In this document: positions 37,801-51,699 of the stretch, one piece after another | How positions within the stretch are numbered: position 1 is the first letter of the stretch | Layout of the letters: each line of letters opens with the position of its first letter | Source of the DNA: Trichoplax adhaerens | Taxonomy: Eukaryota > Animalia > Placozoa | Direction of reading: 5' to 3' | DNA length: 64,000 nt | Assembly (NCBI RefSeq): GCF_000150275.1 | Contig: NW_002060961.1 | Span: 62,001 to 126,000, forward strand | Program-made: the position numbers and the translations under genes | The notes under the pieces: model-generated | The model's input: the letters and a program-made list of their open reading frames with translations, nothing else | The model's database searches: none | Told to the model about the DNA's origin: nothing

Positions 37801-40646
37801 TACCAAAACAAAAAGTTAGCATTATTCTAAAAATATTACAATGTTCGCCATAATATCAAATATACACAATAATGATCACGAAGCTGATTCTTAATAATGA
37901 CTACAATAACGTACATGTTTTTTACAATAAAATGCCTCTAGTATATCTATAATTTTCAAGAATATATTTAAATAATTTAAAAATATGAATGTACGCCAAA
38001 GAAAACTTACCACAACCGATGTATCATTGCCAATGACGAACAGTTGTTCACTGGCAGGCCGTTGTCTATCAATGCAGGATGTCATATACAGTAGTGCTGG
38101 CAATCTAACGGTTGGTGTAGAAGTAATACATTGCCAAATTCCGGTAAAAAATGTCATTGCGCCGAGCTTATTACAAGATGAGTCTAATAGTTGCTTTGTT
38201 CTGTAAAGAAGCAATAAAAGAGAGAGTAAAATTGCTTCAATAAATGCATCCATATTGTGTATAAATTGTTAATATCAACAACTCTGATCCAAAGAATCAA
38301 TATATGTTAGACTATACATTATATGTTGTAACTTTTCAGGTTTATAAAAGCTATGCTAGTTAGAGTGTAATACCTAGTGAAGTGTTCGGAACCTTCTTCT
38401 AAGCCGGGTAACAAGCCTAGCAAAAGACCTGATAAAGCAGGCTGTAAGGCTTTACCAAGCGGTAAATAGTAATTTTGATAGAGGTCTAATAAAACGGGCT
38501 TGACTTGCATAGCTGCATTAGCTAATAATGGAAATAAGCCAGCACTGTATATGAATAAATCTAGAGCTAAACGTTCTATTCCGATTCTTTGAAAGATGAC
38601 ATCATAAGTTTCTAGAGCTTTTAAATGAACACCACTAGGTAATGCAGGGTGGAGACATTGAGCCAGACGTTTACCAATGACTACGCGGCGTGGTAATTTT
38701 GTAAAAGTTGGATAGGATTGTATAGCCTATCGATAATTGAGAGAGAAAAATGATATCGTAAGACTAATTTAAGAATAATAAATAAAATATTATGAAAGAT
38801 AGCATTTCGTAAAAATTATTTAAAGCAAGAAACGTGAAATTTATACGCGATTGTTTAGCAGTTTCTGGTGGTTAATTTAATCAGCAGAAGTTTGCTCTAT
38901 CATATAGTATAATACATTAAGTAGCATATAAATCGAGTTATATCTCCGTCGTACAGCTAGGACACATGTGTAGAAATCAAATTCCTATAAACTAGCCAGC
39001 AACATGTAGCAGTGAGAGACAGGATTCTACGTTTAGATTGAAAATAAAACGTGCATCAACATTCCTCTTAGTCAATAAAGATTGGTGGTTTACGCCTTGG
39101 CTTAAATGGTTATAATTTGTTATTTATTTATTTATTACTGTATTAGGACGATAAGTTATATTGTACTAGAAATTGTAATTTCTAGCGATTTTTACAAGTA
39201 ACGAATCTCTGTTTGTATTCGATATTGAGAATCATAATGAAGAAAATTAGGTAAGAAATATATGATGTCATGGAGATGTGTTGTCCAATAGTCAATCATT
39301 ACTGCAGCAAGTAACAGTTCTCTAGATTCAACACAAAACTAATCTAATAGCCATTAGATCTCACTAGCAGTCTCAAAGTATCAGTTCCACCTTATTTCAA
39401 ATAGAATTGGGTTATGTTATTACTACTTTTGTGATAAATTTAAGATACTATTGGCTAATCGACTGCTGTTATTAACGAAGGATTTTCGTCATTAAATTTA
39501 TACCTAATTTAGAAAACTTTGCCTTGGACAAAACGCTACAACGAGCATTTACAAACAGCAATAGTTTAAATTGACTATCCTTGTAAATCATTAATGTTGT
39601 CCAATTTTTCCTTTTTTTATTTTAACTGTAGAAGAATGCAGATAGAACTGGGGCAGATATCACGTTTCGGGATTGTTTCACAACAATCTCATACTTTAAC
39701 CATCAGGTAAATCCTTTAACTAGTGGTATATACGACGATTTGATTGCCAGGAACGATTAAAATGAATTCTGCAGTGGTAATTTCATAAACACGAACGATT
39801 TCAGTCATTCTTTAGCAAAACTGAAAGTGGGTTACGGAAATGAACTTCAATAAATACCAGATTAATGAAAGTTGATAGCCAGATATGTTACTAATTGTAG
39901 ATTTGTGATATGTACACAGGCGAATCAGCTTGATTATTATAATTATTGTTGTGGTGGGCAACATCAATGGGATTGATACTTGATTTAGCCTTGTAAGTAC
40001 TGCATATAAGAGGTAATGCAAAGTAATATTAAGTTTCAGTATGTAAGAGTCGAACTATTTTAGCAGCTGTATTTTAAGGGAAAAAAAAATTACACATTTG
40101 AAATGATAAGAGATGAAGTTAATATCATTTTTGGTATGTCTACAGTAGGAGAGATCGATGACTTTTATTCTCTACTCTATCCTGCAATGAAATGTAGGAA
40201 TATACGAGTATTACCAGATGGTCAATCAAAGTAGTCAAGCTTATTGATGAAATGAGATGTCACTGTTGCCATCAATATTAATCTGTTTTTGCCCTTATTG
40301 AAGAGTTATTCCTTCGTTTCCATCATCACTTTCAACTGCTTTCCGTCATTGGATATTAGTAGAATCTAGTGAATTTATTCTTCAATAGTGCGTCAATATC
40401 ATGATGAATATTGATTTCCATCATCCAAGATGAGACAAGTAAAAGTATTGCAAATACTGAAGTTGGTTATTATTCTATTCCAGTGTAACACAGCATTTTT
40501 AAACAACTTACCTTGATGACTTTGCCTAAAGAGGCTATTAAATCTGCCCATTCACTGGATGATTCAAAGCTCTTAAGAGCTTTATCCATAGCAGTAGCAT
40601 ACTGGCGATATCGGGCATTATTGAGTAATTGGTTATCTTCTTCCAT
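28890..40646 (-). CDS. DOP1: Protein DOP1/Dopey (Golgi-endosome trafficking scaffold), multi-exon, complete
   Basis: Dopey_N: [35 protein letters not shown] (exon 40646-40512), [54 protein letters not shown]-terminal: [42 protein letters not shown]. Stop at 28890. Confidence 0.95.
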
Positions 40647-41254
40647 GTTGGTTGGCGGTTGGATGTTGCCGTTTAAGGCTTGGAAGACACCATAAGGCGA
40701 AATGGATGACGTATTACTTGGCTACTTTCATTGATTGATAAAATAATTTGCAGTTAATCTAGAACATGATGGTAATCCTATCCAACTACAGTAGCAAACT
40801 GTCAGTGAAAGAATGACTAGTTTGACTACTACTAGTTTACAAGAGATTTTGAGGTCAATTTGGACCAATTTTTTGCACAATCTCTTTTTCAATTTTCACC
40901 GATCTCGACTATTCCTAGCCAATGAATGACGCCAAGTTACCAACATACGCGTTGTCAATTCTCAAAAAAGACCAATCCAATAGGATATCAATGTTGGTAA
41001 CAAGGACGACTATACCTGTAGCTTTATTTTTTCTTTGGTCACAATCCACCAAAATTCAAATTAGATTTAATAATTGCAATAGAAGAGCGCCATTTGCGAC
41101 TTTTTCACAGGTCGAAAAATTCTTCAGCCATTGCAATATTGGGACAAAGAAGACAGTGTAATGACTACGACTGACATGGAGTGTGTCGCTTGTGTGTGTG
41201 TAGATCGACACACCACGTATTTCATTGGTAGCAATAAGGCACCGTATTTTAAGG

Positions 41255-41345
41255 TCATGTGGTGTACACAGTACTGTATGACTGTCTTGTGTACAATACT
41301 AACTACTGTATACTGTGCCTTACTACAGTACTGTAGAGTGACGTT
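41255..41345. promoter_or_regulatory. TACTG/CAGTA-rich tract upstream of DOP1, putative promoter element
   Basis: gtgtacacagtactgtatgactgt..tactgtatactgtg..tactacagtactgtag lies ~600-700 bp upstream of the ATG, and a similar tract lies upstream of the CI-MPR gene. Function is inferred. Confidence 0.35.
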
Positions 41346-41417
41346 ACTTGAAGTGTGATCCTCCTGATCGAAGTGACGACACTAGTACCACGTAACAGAG
41401 TATTGGTACGTGCACCA

Positions 41418-41565
41418 TGCACCACGGACAATACTGCACTATGGGCGTTTTATTGGTCAAAAGCGCATTGGAGGCTTTTGGTACAAGAGTGTTGATACAT
41501 GCACCATGGACAATACTGCACTATGGGCTTTTTACTGGTCAACAGCGCAATGGAGGCTTTTGGAT
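41418..41565. repeat. Tandem duplication, 2 copies, period 82 bp
   Basis: tgcacca.ggacaatactgcactatgggc.tttta.tggtcaa.agcgca.tggaggcttttgg at 41418 and 41500. Confidence 0.9.
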
Positions 41566-43204
41566 CTTCTTTACCTTCGTACTGTACAGAACATGAAACT
41601 AGAAATCCACAAGGAAATGCTACGTCGATATCGCGTCGTATATCACTTGATCATTGGTCTCTTATGCCAATTAATATACATCAATCATGGCAGTCCATCT
41701 TATGAATGCATTATTCTACAGCACCTCTATTTGCAAAATAGAGTATACCAAAAGAGCAATTTTCCAGTATTTTCTCCAGTAGTCGTGTGTTTAACCTCTT
41801 CTGCGAGTGTAACACTTGGAACACGCAGCCATGACTGTATGACGTCATTGTTATTCCAATGCAAAAAAAACACAACCACATATCTGGCATCAAATAATGC
41901 CACCCTCTAGACTCATCTCTATCTACATCGATGATCGATAGTAGCCTACTAAAGTCATAAACCATTCAAAAAAGAATAATAAAGTGATTGCTAATATAAC
42001 CCTATCTCTAATCAGTTCACCCTGAGTCGTCAAGCGTGCTGCACTTGTGTGCTTTCTTCTTAGGTTACATGGATAGAGTGATGGGTAGAAAGAGGTAAAT
42101 CTGCACATCACAGGCGACGTGGTATACGTAGTCGAGTACCAACAATCTTCGTCAATGCCGCTGTAACGTGTAAAAAAAAAACCCATACATAGGCTATCAT
42201 AGCACGACGACGTGTCAAAACCCCTCACATAGCCTAACATAGCACAACTTCACAAGGATGAGAAGAGAATTACTGCATTTGAATTGGACATGAAATCGAC
42301 TAAACCATGTGCCTGCACAAGTGTACCTTTAGTAATTGCAATGCAAGATACTTTCACGTTGATATCTCACGCCATTCTACTACCTTCCTGGTTAAGTTTG
42401 CAACCTACCTGGCAGGCCGATAGCAATGCCTACGATATGTCTACGATAGAGAAGAAATCAATCCATGATTGAACTCCATCGTACATTGCAATGATTGATG
42501 ATTAGCATAAAACAACATACTATAGTTGCGCGGTATTGAAATGCCATGTGCTGCTTTATCATGCAGAAGTACACACAAGTAGCTTGTCATATTTCATAAA
42601 CATGAAGAATTATAGTGCATGAAATTTTAATACTCGCGTATCTTTCCAACAGCCATTAGCATAATAAAACAACATTATGTTCAAGGCTAATTGTAACATA
42701 AATTGTAAAATTTAAAACTATCCATATACATAAGCTATCTTACAAAATAATAAGCGAATCGTACAATTGGGCAGATAATAGTACGCATTATATGATATTT
42801 ATAAAATCCATTTTATCTACTGATCTGGATCGTTAAATATAAAAGACTCGCGGGCTGCCTTTAAAGCACCACGAACGTTAGTTCGTATTGAATCAACAGC
42901 TATACAGTGCTAAAGTGTTATTTTTACTGCTTCAAAATTCCTTACCAGTAAAGGAATATTTCCAACTGTGAAATACTGTCAGAAAATCGAAAGTTGCGAA
43001 TCGATCAAAATAGTATTGACGATACTCAGTACATCTTATAGACGCACCTATAAAACGTATTAAACGGTATTTTTACTTCACTGTACATCGTATTTGTAGC
43101 TACATAACGTTAGCAATTGGATATAAATTAAGACAATATTTCTTACGTTAGAAATACGTACATCCGTGAACTTAGTTTGTGCAAACAGTAAATTAAGCAG
43201 CTAA

Positions 43205-46200
43205 TTAAATATTTAATAAATCGTCATCATCGTCCCTTTGGTATCTTCGAGTTTCACGAGAAAGTAGCCTATCTGAAGATCCATCATTTCCCTATATAAA
43301 GCATCAATACGGAACAATTTATTAGCGCGAATTTTGGTAACACAATCAGAGTAGTCATTCGATCAATGTTGGGTATCGTGTCTATCTTGCAACTTACAGG
43401 TACATAATTGTAACCATCCGGGGAAACCCGCAAGACCATTTGTTTTAATTTGCGTCTATAAATTTTTTAACGAAAAAAGATTATTATACAAACTTCACCA
43501 TTTTTACACGCATCCATATGTACGAATACGGTACCTTCGTTCCCTTCTACAAATGAAGAGTAAAAATAAGGCTACCACAGCAATCGAAACAATAATAGCA
43601 GCTACGATTCCACCATCAATTCCTCCTTGTGGAGCAGGTACGCTAATCAAAAGTGGCATTGTAAATTTCTGTTTATTCTACAAAAAATGTGAGGTATAGA
43701 ACTTCTATTTCTGCTTACCTTTCGCATACAGCTGACGTAGACCATTCAAAGTAATATTTACAGTCTCCCGATTCATAAAGAAATTTTGGGCTACCCTAAA
43801 AAATTGGAATAAAGATTTACTTATACGACATAATCAATAAAAGTCAGCTAACCAAATTTACTATCTCTATTGTACAGTCAACTTTTTAATTTTTCATAAT
43901 GATCATTTACCAAAGAATTTTGAACAGCACAGCTAAATAAAATGATAGTTGCAACATTTTTGTTTTTATCTTTGCCACATTTTTCGTTTGTTGGTAAGTG
44001 CATTTCAATAATATCACCATCAACGTAAAACTTGCGATTTTGTGATGTATTCGGACCTCCAATCTTACGTCGGAAACCGGTGGTTTTTGTTTGGCAAACT
44101 GATCCACTCTTACACTGATTAACATTTTGAGGAGGATTTAGATTATGGCAAACATTAAGGAAGTAAATGTAATTATCTCCGTTACTTCTACTTTCTGTAG
44201 CATTCCAGTTCTGCTGCACTTTCGTTAGAACGTTAAAGTTAAATGAAGGACTAGCAGCATTTTTTCCTGATATGATACAGTTATTTTCAGACGCTTGATA
44301 TCGAGTACTAGGGCAAGCAACATGAGATCTCCAAGTAAAGTGAAATGTACACTTATTTTTATCGAATCTCAAAAAACTTGGCTTTCCAATGCCAGAACCG
44401 CATGAAAACTCTATTACTACTGATGCAACATCGACGCTCGATTTTGGACAGACGCTTTTACCACCTGTGTAAGATACTAACAATTTTTTGCTATCACCAC
44501 TGAGTGCTATTTTTTGCGATGATGTGAAAGCTAATTCAGTTGCTTGTGTTTCGGTAGATCCTAATTTACAAATTGCAGCATTTGAGGAACAACCAGGAGG
44601 CCCATTTACGATAGGACGACATAAATTAATCCAGTATTGGTTAAAAGATGAATCGGTAATTTTCCAGCTACCAGTTATTTGTGATAATGGGCTAACGTCA
44701 TAAATTTTGCCATCCCTCTTGATCATACAATTTTGAGAAAGTATTGGACATGCAAAGTGTGTGTTCCAATCAAATTGATAGGAACACTTGTCCATTAATT
44801 TCATTAAAACCGGCTTACTATTTATCTCGTTTCTATCGCAAACAAAAAATATCGTTGATGAATAATGTCTGGTGTTATCGGATGCACACACTTCTCCATT
44901 CGTGTATTTTAGTATCAATAAGCTATTACTATACGTTAATGACCTACTAGTCGCTAAACCTAATGAGATATTTTTCGAAGGAGTATGAAGGCATACACCA
45001 GAATTTGCACAGCCAGAAGTGCTGCTAGAGGTTTGACCATTTACAGGAGAGCAAACATTCAGCTCAATGGTATTACTGCCACTCTTAATAACATAATTAT
45101 TATCCGAAAGTGTGAGGTGGCTAAGGGTGAAATTAAATTTTAAAGCTGGATCGTATACGGAACAGGTACTATTGTTGCTGACAATATTATTGCAAACAAC
45201 TGATGTTGCCCAATGAAATACGTATTGGCAATTATGAGGCAGTTCAGCTATGACTGGACTGCCAAGAGTTCCCTGTTGACATGAAAATACAATCTTCGCT
45301 GACAGTCTCTTGCTTGAATCTGATGGACAGCGACTGCCATTGATATAATTTAGTATTACTGTTCCATCCGATGCAATTGTGGGCTTTTGATAAGGTCTGC
45401 CAAGACTTAGCGGTGGATCTGTACCCAATTTCTTAAGGCAAATTCCAGATCCAGGCGGACAACGAACATTACTGATTGGGTTTAAAGGCCTACACAAATT
45501 GATGTAATAGCTGCCATTTTGGCCTCCGATCGTTACAGCTTCCCAGTTGTCTGTAGATTTAATCAATGGAGATAAATCTACTGAAGACCCATCAGGTTTT
45601 ATAGCAACACACTCTACTTGTTGCTCGCAAGCATATTGAGTAGGCCAAGAAAAGTAATAAGTGCAATTATTTGTTTCGCTTACATAAACTGGATGACCCT
45701 TGCCTGCGTTACTTGAGCACACAAATGAAATTATTGTACTACGACGATATCTTCCTTGATGACACAAATCTCCACCAGTATAATTAAGGTATATTGCACC
45801 ATCTTCATAGTACAATTGTGCATTAGCATTGCCTCCGTTAAAGTGAAACTTTTGATCATTTTTCTTCAATTGGCAATTGCCGGAAGTGTTTCCGCAACTA
45901 GACACAGAGGTTGTTCCACACACATTTAAATTGTAAACGTGGTCCCTTCCATCAGTAACATTATAGCCGCTCGAAATACTATAAAGTGGATTAAAATCAA
46001 ATACAAATCCAGATAATGGATTAACAGCGGTACAGTTTCCGCTTACGCTAAGTGATAGCGCACACGCAGCTTCATGTATCCAAATGAAATTATAGTTGCA
46101 TTGATTCTCTTCGGAGACAAACAGTGGCGGTCCCTACAGATTAGATATCCTATTAATCATTTCGTATCTCCTACGTAATACTGAAAGAAATTGGAGGCAT

Positions 46201-49200
46201 GTTATAAAACTATCTGTTAGACTTACAAATTTTCCTTTTTTGCACACCATAGTTATTAGTGTACTTCTTTTTTTTGTACCATCAGGACATGCGTCTCCAT
46301 CGGTGTATTCTAAATATAATGTACCACCTTTAACATAAGGACCCCTCTTATTTCTGCCTAGATTGTAAGTACTGACCAATGAAAAAATCATTAATGAATA
46401 AAAGTTATGAAAGTAAAATAGTGGAATCATTTTAAAATTTACACAAAGTTGTAACGATTACAAAGATTACTTAGAGATATGATCTCTGGTAAATCGAGTT
46501 GCAAAGTCTTACAAGATATTTTAAAAATTCGTACTTGCAAGTCTTAAAATTAATTTATTGCTTACTAACTACTACACGTGATTATCATGAAATATCTTAC
46601 CTATTCTTATTTGGTGCTGTAACAGTGAGACATATTCCTGAAGATTTCTTGCAGCCGTTAACATTATTAACCGATCGACAAACATTGATTTGGAAAATCC
46701 AATTGTTCTTCATTGGACTAACAACAGTTGCAATCCAGTTTCCGGTGGTCTTAGATAGACTACTTAAATCATATTGCTTCCCCTTATCTACGTCAACATA
46801 AGCACAATCTACCAAATTACCAATTGGACAAGCAATTGATGTATTCCAATGAAACTCATGCACGCAAGATGCTTTCCCTTTTATTACTTGAGGGCCTACG
46901 CCCACACCATTTATACTTTCATCGCAAAAAAACTTTAGTATCGTGGAATCTTTAATACCGGCATGGCTAGGACAGCTACCACCGTTAGTATAGTTGAGTT
47001 GTAAGTACCCATTATTGAAAATGAGTTGTTCATTGAATGTCCCAAGCGATCGGGAAGATTGGCCTATCGATAAGGAATACAGTTACAATTTATTATCATT
47101 AAATTGTTAAACGTACAAATGCTCGCAATAATTGTCTAGATTTTAAATTAAAGGCTACGGAGAAAATTGTAAAAAAACAATTTGAACGCATACCTGTCGT
47201 TAAGCATGCGCCAGCCGTATTAGTACCACATTGATTCACTAATTTCCGACAAACATTAATGGAGTAAAAATTATTCGCAGACATTGTTATCTTGTAATCC
47301 TTCCCGCTGCTAGCAAGTGAACGCAAATCGTAACTAGCTTGCGTTAATGGATCTTCTACCTGGCAATTGTTACCAGTTAATTTCTTGACTGGACAAGCAC
47401 TAGGCGTAGTCCAGGTAAAAATGTACTCACAAGAAGGAGTTTCTCTAATAAACACCAAAGATCCCTATACAAGTTTGATAGAGCATAGTATTTCATAAAT
47501 GATAACGTAAACAAGATAGATACATAACAAAAATAGCAAAGTACGTGTACAATCACTAACTACCTGTGTATCTGAACATATTAATTCAACCCTGGTACTT
47601 CTTCTAAAGCGTCCATGACATATATCACCGTTGACGTAACGAACAATTAAGTTTCCATTTACTACTTCAGGATTGGAAGTCATAACTCCCATACTAAAGG
47701 CGCGATTATTCTTGGAATCAACCTGACACCCACCTAAATGAGAAATATTTGGGCAGTGCAAATTACCAATATTTACTGGTCCGCACATATTTATCTTGTA
47801 TTGCAAATGGGCTTCGTCTGGGCGACCATCAACAGCGTCCCAATTACCACTTGATAAATACAAATCCGACAAATCGTAGTAATTTCCTTTAGTATCCGAT
47901 GTTATACATGAAATAGGCTTAGGACCACAAGCCAGAGGCGTTGCAAAGTTAAAAATGTAATTATGGTTTGTCGTTTCTTGAACATATGATACCTTCCCAG
48001 AATTTGAGTCGAAATTCATATCACATAAAAAGTTTATGGTTGTCTTTCGATTATCTTGAACAGAATTATATTTTAAACGGATTTGATTTTGCTCATAAAC
48101 CAAGGTATCGTGACCACTTGTCTGACCAATAATTATTTCTGAATCGCAAGCACTCGGATTTGGGTGTGCTAAACTGAAATAGAAGTTCAATAACGAATTA
48201 TTCTTACACCTGGTTAAAATTGACAAAAAAAGAAAATCACTTGGGGAAAAATTGATTGAAATAATAGCTTACTTTGGATGAGATTTGTTGCAAGTACCAC
48301 CCCAAACCTGATCACAAATATTTAACTGAAATTTATGCTGAGGAACAGTTAGATTATATCTATTGTTTGATAGTCGTAATGGAATCATGTTATACATGAA
48401 ATTGGTGCTATTGTCATAAAGCGAGCAGAATAGTCCAGATGTGAAATCTTCATTAATCAAATCGATACTGTCTGCTTTACAAGCATATTTGGTAGCCCAT
48501 CGGAAGAAATATGTACAATGATTTTCCTGTACAAATTGAGGACTGCCAATCTTAATTGAGTGATCGCAAATGAATGAAATCACAGTCGAACGCTTAAATC
48601 CATCGTGACAAGGTGAGCCGTCGTAATAGGTAAGGCTGAGTTTATCGTCAATGTAACTGAGAGCCATATCGTTGAAATTGCCCAATCGATGAGTTACATT
48701 GTGCTGCCCAGCAACAACTTGACATGCCGCAGTCGGTTTGGATGAATCGCCATTGGCAGAATAACCGCAGTTGGTAGATTTAACTGGCCCGCATACGTTG
48801 ATTAAGTATGTATATTTCAGAGCATTCGAAGTAACAACCGTAACTTGGTAATCGGATGATTGATTCCGTAATGACAGTAAATTGAAGTAGCCATTATTAG
48901 TCTTTAGAATACAACTATGACTAATCAGATCTTCCATGGGACATGCCAATTCAGTAATCCATTCAACGTCATATCGGCATTGCGACTCATGTATCAGAGT
49001 TGGACCATTATTGTCCTATACGTTATACAGCCAATAATTAATTTAATTTAACACTGACAATGAATTCGCATAGCTTATTCATAATTGGAAAAAATTAGGG
49101 TTAGAAAATAGTATACTATAAAATTTAATTTACAAGAACTGTTATATACAAGAAAATAACGCAGATCAATTTATATTATACAAAATTTTAACCTTGCTTT

Positions 49201-51220
49201 TACCACATCGGAAGGAAACGTTGGTGACAATAGCTTTATTACTACATTGGCTGTAATTTTGTTTACTTTCATAAACTAGCTTGATTTGCTGATTTACAAA
49301 GGTTAGCTTAGCAGAAGGTTGACCAATGCCATCAACAATTGTAGAACCATCCTGTGAATTTTTGGACACTACACAGGCGGATGAAAGAGAACCACAATTT
49401 TGTAGCGAGGATGATTGCGTAGCCTGTATATTTCTACAGACATTTATGTATAATTTCTTCTGAGATTGGCTTTTAACAGCATAAGCACCTACAACGCATA
49501 AAAATGTTTCATTTTAATGAGCATTCTGTCAATCAAGAATATATACGAAACTTTTAAGTAAATTTTATTGACTAATTATTATAGCAATAATACACGCTAA
49601 AAGTTTTATACAAGGCTCTAGTACAATTGACTGTCCAATCATATTAAAATTTAAATTTAAATTAAATCCATTACACTTTTGGTACTAACCAAACTCTTTC
49701 ATTAGTAATGATAGATCCCTCTTCCGATTTTGATCATCATAAATATAGCATGGTATTTCTGTCGAAGATGGGGAATTTAAAGAATAGCATGCGGCAGAAG
49801 TTTTCCAATTAAAATAGTAAACACAGTTGTTTTCTTCTATAAATTCAGGCGATCCCTATCACATACAACCAATTCAGAGTTATTACAATTAATAAGGAAA
49901 ATAATATCGATTACCATAGAATTGAAACATAATCATTTCGGGTATAGAAATTCGTTGATGTGGTCATATTGATAGTAATAATTTCATAAAGACATACACG
50001 TCAATAAGTAGCCTACAGCTAGGAATATTACAGTTTTACACGTTTTATCGGCAACAAATACAGTCATCAATGATAGCATTTGGACTGAATGTAGAAGCTA
50101 CAGGATCAGTATACTAAACCTTATTTTCATCTTTTTGCTGTAACCCACACAGTACACTAATTTATAAGAGTATTGCTATAGGGAGCACTTATCACAGTGA
50201 GTGATCATTTGTAAGAACCGATGACTTACTAGCGTCTTCCCACATGTAAAAGCGATGCTAGTATTCATATTTGCATTTCCATTCATCTCGCATTTTTGAT
50301 TGCTAGAATAGACCAAGGCAAATCCAAATCGATAACCACCATTAGCTATTTGAACTGTTGGTTGATCAGTATAAGAGCCGATATTGATGGCTTTCCCTAA
50401 TGTGCCTTTTCTACATATTGCAGATGATGGTGGGCAATTGGTGTTGCCCATTCCATGACCACACAGGTTGATAAAAAATGAGTGATCTTCAGAATGAGCT
50501 TGCCATAATCTAAAGTTCAAAGAAATTTCGATATTTTAGGGGTTACTTTTAATCTGCAAGTCATTGACATGAAATACAATTGATGGATTATTGGACTGCT
50601 TTTAACTTTCGTTACTCTTGTATTCCATAGGATAGAGTAAAATTGAATGCGTTACAATGTAAAAATCTACGGACAATCAAAAGCATGCAAGAACTTTTGC
50701 TATGAACGACACTTGGTAGTATGTCGGTCAATAGCAACAATTTATAAAGCATAAAACTACTAGAATAGTTCGACATTCCTAGCAATTGTATCTTGTCACC
50801 ATATGGAATGAATTTAAGATATTAAAGCATTGAAGGGATAACGACTTTACTTTCGATTTGTAAGAAGTTTCTACATGCAATTGCGTTGATAGCATCAATC
50901 TTGAGATAATAACGGCATCGTATCACTAGCCCAAGTGGAAGGAACGTACAATGATGTCAAGTCGACAATATTGTATATTGTACAGTACAGTACATCAATC
51001 ATTAGGGACTCGTCATTTTGTAGAAAGGAAACTACCTTACTAAGGTTCCTATCAGGTCCATGCCTAAGCGTAACTACAGTATTCTATTTAAGAGTAGGAT
51101 TTGCAGCGACCACTTAGGTGACAATACGACTTACGTTGCAAAGTACAACTGCAGCAAGTAAGCTACCAACAAGATCGTATTATATAATTGTACAGCAATA
51201 TCAAGTTCTAACTCGTCCAT
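43205..51220 (-). CDS. IGF2R: Cation-independent mannose-6-phosphate receptor (IGF2R-like), 12 MRH/CIMR repeats + TM + short tail; first exon tentative
   Basis: Repeated C..YDLS.L / YINVC / C.Y.F.W.T..AC units. TM GGIVAAIIVSIAVVALFLLFIC (~43535-43642). Tail has YNYV and a terminal acidic dileucine DDDDDLLNI*. The putative signal-peptide exon at ~51220-51135 is phase-compatible with the exon starting near 50509. Confidence 0.93.
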
Positions 51221-51699
51221 TGGCCACTTGCATTCATTGCAGTCGATTGCCCCTATACTACGCTAGTATTTAAGCATTTCAATGGATGTATTATTCCCTA
51301 CAGAATTTTTACTCCACGCTAAGATCAATACAGACATCTGTATGCATAAGATATCCCCTGACTGAGCAATGAGCAATGGTGAAAGGCCTATCGGCAGGCA
51401 AGATTGAAAAGACACTACAAAAATAACAATTTCATGACTGCAATCCTACCCGCTAAGACGATCCACTTGAAATTGATGTGGTAAGCTCTTGATATTGCAC
51501 TGATCAAAAGCATCTGCCAAGGAAGAGAGGGCAACGATGGAAATGAGTAAATTAAAAGCAGCTTTCTTGTCCATTTTTGCAGTTTGCCTCAACACCAATC
51601 AGTCTGGATCAAGTATTGCTATCGCAACCACCGGATGAAGGTGAAGCCGCGGACGTTATGACTGCTTGGACGAGTCTGACATCGGCATCATGATGACAA

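Noticed and set aside
31812-40695. Plus-strand short ORFs inside DOP1 (likewise 44488-44950 and 46499-46801 inside CI-MPR, and 13667-13891)
   Set aside because: Antisense shadows of real coding exons with no independent motifs.
40922-42472. Cluster of ORFs between DOP1 and CI-MPR, including 41410-41910
   Set aside because: Explained by locally higher GC, an 82-bp duplication and CAGTA repeats; no recognisable domain or exon chain.
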